A stretch of 20,012 bases of DNA from a virus (lineage: Duplodnaviria > Heunggongvirae > Uroviricota > Caudoviricetes), in the IMG/VR virus record IMGVR_UViG_3300044716_000631; one strand, 5' to 3'. The translations under genes and the position numbers were made by a program. Shown one piece after another: positions 16,271 through 20,012 of the stretch. The notes beneath the pieces are model-generated. The model saw nothing but the letters and a program-made list of their open reading frames with translations. It searched no databases and was not told the DNA's origin. The number at the start of each line of letters is the position of its first letter. The stretch's first letter is position 1.

Positions 16271-16423
16271 TTAGGCCGGAATCATAAGATATAACAAATA
16301 AAGACCAACAACAATTCTAAATATCCAACGTATAATAACAAACCCGACAAATATTTGAAACCATCTTTTGGTTTTTAAATAATTAAATTTGTGTAGCAGC
16401 CACGCTTTGGAGTTCTTTAGCAT
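16271..16423 (-). CDS. Small putative membrane protein, 50 aa
   Basis: MLKNSKAWLLHKFNYLKTKRWFQIFVGFVIIRWIFRIVVGLYLLYLMIPA: basic N-half, hydrophobic C-half; fills an otherwise empty gap. Start is uncertain (track starts at 16534); overlaps the Coq4-like gene by 41 nt; no clear RBS. Confidence 0.5.
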   Translation of the reverse strand: MLKNSKAWLLHKFNYLKTKRWFQIFVGFVIIRWIFRIVVGLYLLYLMIPA

Positions 16424-17219
16424 TTGGACCAACACAGACTTCATATTGTTTTTTCGCGACATCATCATATTCCGCTTTAAATAAATCCACGTGTTCAGTT
16501 CTATATCTTTGCTGGATCTCTCTATAGTTTTCAATATCCTGTTCAGATATATTTAGATGTTTTCTGACATCTTCAAGTGGCCATGCCATCATTGATTCCC
16601 AATCAACTGTTGGCAGCCAAGGAATCTTTTTTCCAACTTCTCTTGCTTCGTCGATAGATTTCTTGAACATGAGAGTTGTCTTGAGATTCTTTGTCGTTCT
16701 CAGTACCTTTAGATAACCAACCTTGATAAGAGCCTTAAATGAGTTACTATCGTTTTGTTCACGAACCGAGTGGAAAGCCGCAGCATGCGCTTCACCAAGA
16801 ATCATTCGGTTCCAGCCAATCACAAGGTGAGTGAAGTCATGGCATGCAAACATTCTTGATGAGAAGCGCTTTTTCTCTTCTGTATCAAGATGATCTTCCC
16901 ACTCTTTCTTATATCCCTCATAGAGATAACCAGCATAGAAGTCAAGGTTTTCATCCATAAACTCGAGGAACTCGCGGCCGAGCGATCCAGCAGGCAAACT
17001 AGCTAGGTATTCTCTATCACATTGAACGTCAATCAGTTCTCTTGGTTGTGAGAATACTTGGTGAGCAATCTCAGTATTGCAAAACTCTTTGAACTTACGA
17101 TCAAATGCAGTTTCATTAAACAGACGCTCTGCTTTATAGACGTTGCGCATTGGCTTGTCTTGAGGCGGCGCCTTTTGAAACTCTCTGAGTAACTTCATTG
17201 CTTTCAAATATCTAATCAT
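16383..17219 (-). CDS. Coq4-family metal-binding protein (ubiquinone biosynthesis COQ4-like)
   Basis: DREYLASLPAGSLGREFLEFM, HDFTH-x11-E (16791-16841, matching the COQ4 HDxxH-x11-E metal motif) and C-terminal DWESMMAWPLEDVRKHLNI, all characteristic of Coq4. ATGA-coupled to the upstream gene. Confidence 0.85.
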   Translation of the reverse strand: MIRYLKAMKLLREFQKAPPQDKPMRNVYKAERLFNETAFDRKFKEFCNTEIAHQVFSQPRELIDVQCDREYLASLPAGSLGREFLEFMDENLDFYAGYLYEGYKKEWEDHLDTEEKKRFSSRMFACHDFTHLVIGWNRMILGEAHAAAFHSVREQNDSNSFKALIKVGYLKVLRTTKNLKTTLMFKKSIDEAREVGKKIPWLPTVDWESMMAWPLEDVRKHLNISEQDIENYREIQQRYRTEHVDLFKAEYDDVAKKQYEVCVGPNAKELQSVAATQI

Positions 17220-17914
17220 TTGTAGTACCTCAGTATTCTGATTCTGTCAGACTGGTTATTTGTAATCTCTAATGATTCACTAGTAACTTTATATAGCTTC
17301 TTACTTAAGAGAACCTGTGTGCCTTTAAGAACATGATTTGAAAACATGAAATAACAGGTGTCGCACTCCGGTCTTGTAAGTGTAAGTGTTTCACCTGGCT
17401 CAATTGTTCTTTGTTCAAATGTGTAATTCGCATATGATCCGTTAAGTCTCGATACGCATACAAACTCTGATTCATCAGAAGTGGCAGTTAACTTAGCAAC
17501 TGGAGCTTTAGGATGCCATGGCATTGGCTGCCCAATCCAGTCAGCTATCTCGAAGTTAGCGTCAGCTAGAGTTAATGTAACTTTATCTGTACCTTTAGTA
17601 GCCACAAATGGAGTTGATACAGGCAGGTTAGCTATAAGATCAAGATAGTCATCAATCTCTTGTTCTGTTACATCGCCTTCTGGCCATTCCCACTCGAATG
17701 TGAATGAACCATTTAAAAATACGTGGCCGTTTGTGTTTTTGATGACGTTAGTTAGTGTAGGATGATCTTCTGGAACTCCACCAGAGTGGTGGACATTCTC
17801 AAGCGAGTCTCTGCCTAATACTTTGCCGTTATTATTTGGCCGAAAATGAGATACGTATAACTCATTGTCATATACACCAATGATTACAGGATTGTAATTA
17901 GAGAAGAAAGCCAT
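17216..17914 (-). CDS. Hypothetical 232-aa beta-rich protein, possibly a tandem cupin/jelly-roll fold
   Basis: Coupled at both ends (TAATG, ATGA). GHVFLNGSFTFEW and YTFEQRTIEPGETLTL...CYFMF...KLYKVTSESLEITN resemble cupin strands. The fold call is an inference. Confidence 0.7.
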   Translation of the reverse strand: MAFFSNYNPVIIGVYDNELYVSHFRPNNNGKVLGRDSLENVHHSGGVPEDHPTLTNVIKNTNGHVFLNGSFTFEWEWPEGDVTEQEIDDYLDLIANLPVSTPFVATKGTDKVTLTLADANFEIADWIGQPMPWHPKAPVAKLTATSDESEFVCVSRLNGSYANYTFEQRTIEPGETLTLTRPECDTCYFMFSNHVLKGTQVLLSKKLYKVTSESLEITNNQSDRIRILRYYK

Positions 17915-18039
17915 TAGATTTCCTCTGCCTCGGTTTCTGGCGTTGGAACATTAGGGTTGATAGTTTGAAGCATTATAACAGCCTCAGACGGCTGGGATGT
18001 TTCATCTTCTGCTTCCCAAGTTCTAATATCATCTTCCAT
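17914..18039 (-). CDS. Small acidic peptide, 41 aa (not in the ORF track)
   Basis: MEDDIRTWEAEDETSQPSEAVIMLQTINPNVPTPETEAEEI; AAGGA 7 nt before the ATG; its TAA overlaps the next ATG (TAATG); fills the gap exactly. Confidence 0.7.
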   Translation of the reverse strand: MEDDIRTWEAEDETSQPSEAVIMLQTINPNVPTPETEAEEI

Positions 18040-18049
18040 AAAAGTTTCC

Positions 18050-18595
18050 TTAGAACTTGACTAGACAGTGAATAGTTCCAGACGTAGGCATATCATAGGA
18101 TACCGATACGTAACTCATAGAAGCGTTTGCTTCTGTTATACTTTGCGAAGTATTAGCAAGCACAACTCGCGAGATGTTTGTACTTCTAAAGCCTGCAGTA
18201 ATTGCATCATTATTGGCGAGGATAACCGTATTGTCTTCGGCTAGACTCAGTGAAGTAGTGCCAGCGGGCCCATAAAGATTATCCTGTACTACACTAAACA
18301 AATAACTATTAGCAGCAAATTGAATTCTTCCAGCGCTTTCATCTGGACTAATAGTCCCATAATTGGTGATGCCATCAGCCCAACCATCTGTGTTTTGTGA
18401 TATTTTACCATCAGCGTAATAGCGAACTGGATCGATAGTAAATCCTTCAGCATTACGAAGATCGCTGAAAGAGATAGCGCCGGAACCCCCGTACCTGGTG
18501 CGCATCTCAGACATAGAGATAGAACTCGAGGTAGCCCGATTGATGTTCGTTCTCATGTCATTCATTGAAATCGCGCCAGATCCGGGGGTTGGCAT
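18050..18595 (-). CDS. Putative tail fibre tip / adhesin protein (gp38-like N-terminal attachment motif)
   Basis: N-terminus MPTPGSGAISMNDMRTNINR...SISMSEMR..YGGSGAISFSDL resembles the 'MxLPxSGxISxSD' motif of proteins encoded after fibre genes; beta-rich C-half; AGGA RBS. Confidence 0.6.
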   Translation of the reverse strand: MPTPGSGAISMNDMRTNINRATSSSISMSEMRTRYGGSGAISFSDLRNAEGFTIDPVRYYADGKISQNTDGWADGITNYGTISPDESAGRIQFAANSYLFSVVQDNLYGPAGTTSLSLAEDNTVILANNDAITAGFRSTNISRVVLANTSQSITEANASMSYVSVSYDMPTSGTIHCLVKF

Positions 18596-18598
18596 TGG

Positions 18599-18808
18599 TT
18601 ATCCTTGCGGTTGGCCCAGCTGTGCTTGAGCCTGCTGGAAGAGTTTTTTCAGGATAGGATCGACCACGCGGTGTGGAAGTTCCTGCAGTCCACCCATAAT
18701 AACATTCAATTCATTGACGTCTACAGTGAGTGTTACAGTAGGTGCCTGTTGAACCTGAGCCTGTTGGTTTTCAGCAAGCATTGGATCGAGTTCTGGATTA
18801 GTAGCCAT
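18599..18808 (-). CDS. Small tail-fibre-associated protein, 69 aa
   Basis: VTLTVDVNELNVIMGGLQELPHRVVDPILKKL resembles small helical proteins often encoded after phage fibre genes; AAGGAG RBS. Confidence 0.7.
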   Translation of the reverse strand: MATNPELDPMLAENQQAQVQQAPTVTLTVDVNELNVIMGGLQELPHRVVDPILKKLFQQAQAQLGQPQG

Positions 18809-18825
18809 GATATATTCTCCTTGAA

Positions 18826-19257
18826 TTATGTATTGGCAGTTGGGGTTGTGTTAGATGAAACAGTATTAGATACTGGTGTTGGAGTTGGTACAGTGTTTGA
18901 ACCTGGAGGTGCCCAAGGTAGAGCATCTGCATTGACTTCAACCATCGGACGAACGATAGCATCAATCTGCTTTTGGATTTGCTCATCGATGTGAGCTTTA
19001 TAACCAGGGTTACCATTTACCACATCCTGAATCCAACCAAGAACCTGAGCTTCAGTTAGATTTTCATATGTGGTAAAATTATCAGCGTCGACCTGATCTG
19101 GGTCAAATGGAGTTGCACCGTTGAACGTACCCGAATTATCGTCTTCGTCAGTTCCTGTGCATTCCCAATATGTTTGGACGATGATGTCATTAAGTTCTGC
19201 AGAAGGATCGTCCTGCTTCTTCAGACTCTTAATCTTCCAAGTATAAGTAAGTGCCAT
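18826..19257 (-). CDS. Tail-fibre-associated protein, possible assembly factor, 143 aa
   Basis: MALTYTWKI...VQTYWECTGTD...FTTYENLTEAQVLGW...LPW then a P/T/S/N-rich tail; GAGGA RBS; immediately after the fibre gene. Confidence 0.7.
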   Translation of the reverse strand: MALTYTWKIKSLKKQDDPSAELNDIIVQTYWECTGTDEDDNSGTFNGATPFDPDQVDADNFTTYENLTEAQVLGWIQDVVNGNPGYKAHIDEQIQKQIDAIVRPMVEVNADALPWAPPGSNTVPTPTPVSNTVSSNTTPTANT

Positions 19258-19259
19258 TT

Positions 19260-20012
19260 TTATTTATCCTCTTTGAGTGAGTTAATTTGTTGTTCTAGTC
19301 TATTTATATGTGTTTGTTGTTCCTTAATTGCTTCAATTAAGAGACCAACCATGTTGCCATAAGCTACGCTATAGTTGGTTTCTTCTGAACCAAGCACAAC
19401 TTCAGGAATTACTTCTATTACTTCCTGAGCGATTACACCCATCTGTCTTGTATTAGTATCTATACGTGTATATGTATAACCGTTTAATCTGCTTACCTTT
19501 TCAACAGCGTTGTCGATCTTGACAATATCTTTTTTCAAACGAGCATCTGAATACGCTGTGATGTTGTTAAGCATCGTCAGGTTACCAGACATATCCATTT
19601 GAAGTAGGTTAGCTGAAGCTGACCAACCACCAATTCTGAATACGTTGTCTGAATCAAGTCCCATATTAACAGCATATACACCGGCTCTATGGAATGCCAT
19701 TGTAGCGCCGGCAGATCCGCTTGAATACACTTGCAGCGGTGCATTCGTATCTGTAGTATTTCTATTAGCCTGGAAATACTGAACACCGGTCCATGTCGCA
19801 TTAAGGCCTACTAATGAATTCAATACGTGCTGAACCGAAGACTTTCTATAATAACCATCAAGACTACTATTAACAGTAATGAACTGCCCAATAGTCGGAT
19901 TTTCATTATTGCCAGTATTACTATTAATATAGTTCAGGAAAGTATAACCGTTTTCCTGTCGTGTTACAATTGTATTTGCACCAACTCCATTTGATGCCTG
20001 AAAACCATCAAG
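19260..20012 (-). CDS. Tail fibre protein C-terminus with peptidase S74 intramolecular chaperone (runs off the window end)
   Basis: The frame stays open from the track's TTG at 19823 to 20012 (LDGFQASNGVGANTIVTRQENGYTFLNYINSN...). Contains AY|SDARLKK (Ser at 19548-19550, Lys at +5), GVIAQEV..V.PEVV, SVAYGNMVGLLIEAIKE and a coiled coil. Confidence 0.93.
   Translation of the reverse strand, partial: LDGFQASNGVGANTIVTRQENGYTFLNYINSNTGNNENPTIGQFITVNSSLDGYYRKSSVQHVLNSLVGLNATWTGVQYFQANRNTTDTNAPLQVYSSGSAGATMAFHRAGVYAVNMGLDSDNVFRIGGWSASANLLQMDMSGNLTMLNNITAYSDARLKKDIVKIDNAVEKVSRLNGYTYTRIDTNTRQMGVIAQEVIEVIPEVVLGSEETNYSVAYGNMVGLLIEAIKEQQTHINRLEQQINSLKEDK

Noticed and set aside
769-19262. No TAG among 24 stop codons (19 TAA, 5 TGA); possible stop-codon reassignment
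   Set aside because: All genes are full length under the standard code with no in-frame TAG interruptions; TAG avoidance is common in AT-rich phages.
19261-19268. GATAAATA late-promoter-like motif
   Set aside because: Lies between the RBS and the ATG (3 nt from the start), so it could not produce a translatable leader; it is explained by the fibre's last codons and stop.
1-20012. tRNA genes, CRISPR arrays, DGR template/variable repeats or invertible fibre segments
   Set aside because: Intergenic gaps are too short, and I saw no cloverleaf, spacer array, long near-identical repeat, reverse transcriptase or recombinase.

Overview
This window is the virion-morphogenesis core of a T4-like (Tevenvirinae-related, 'far-T4' type) myophage, with all genes on the minus strand. 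In transcription order (right to left) it holds: the C-terminus of a tail fibre with a peptidase S74 chaperone, two small fibre-associated genes, a gp38-like tip protein, and a four-gene accessory cassette. The cassette is a 41-aa acidic peptide missed by the ORF track, a 232-aa beta-rich/cupin-like protein, a Coq4-family metalloprotein and a 50-aa membrane peptide. These are followed by neck/tail/head genes 13-14-15-16-17-18-19-20-67-(68 position)-orf132-21-22-23, then gp3, uvsY and the 5' part of uvsW (also missing from the track). No gp24 follows gp23. That order resembles T4-like cyanophages, pelagiphages and alphaproteobacterial phages; the host cannot be determined from the sequence. T4-type late promoters (WATAAATA), two sigma70-type promoters and two intrinsic terminators are visible. 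The most interesting items are the translationally coupled Coq4 cassette in the tail-fibre/neck operon and a 470-aa head protein built as basic modules separated by repeated prohead-protease-type sites. All family calls come from motif recognition by eye; no database searches were run.
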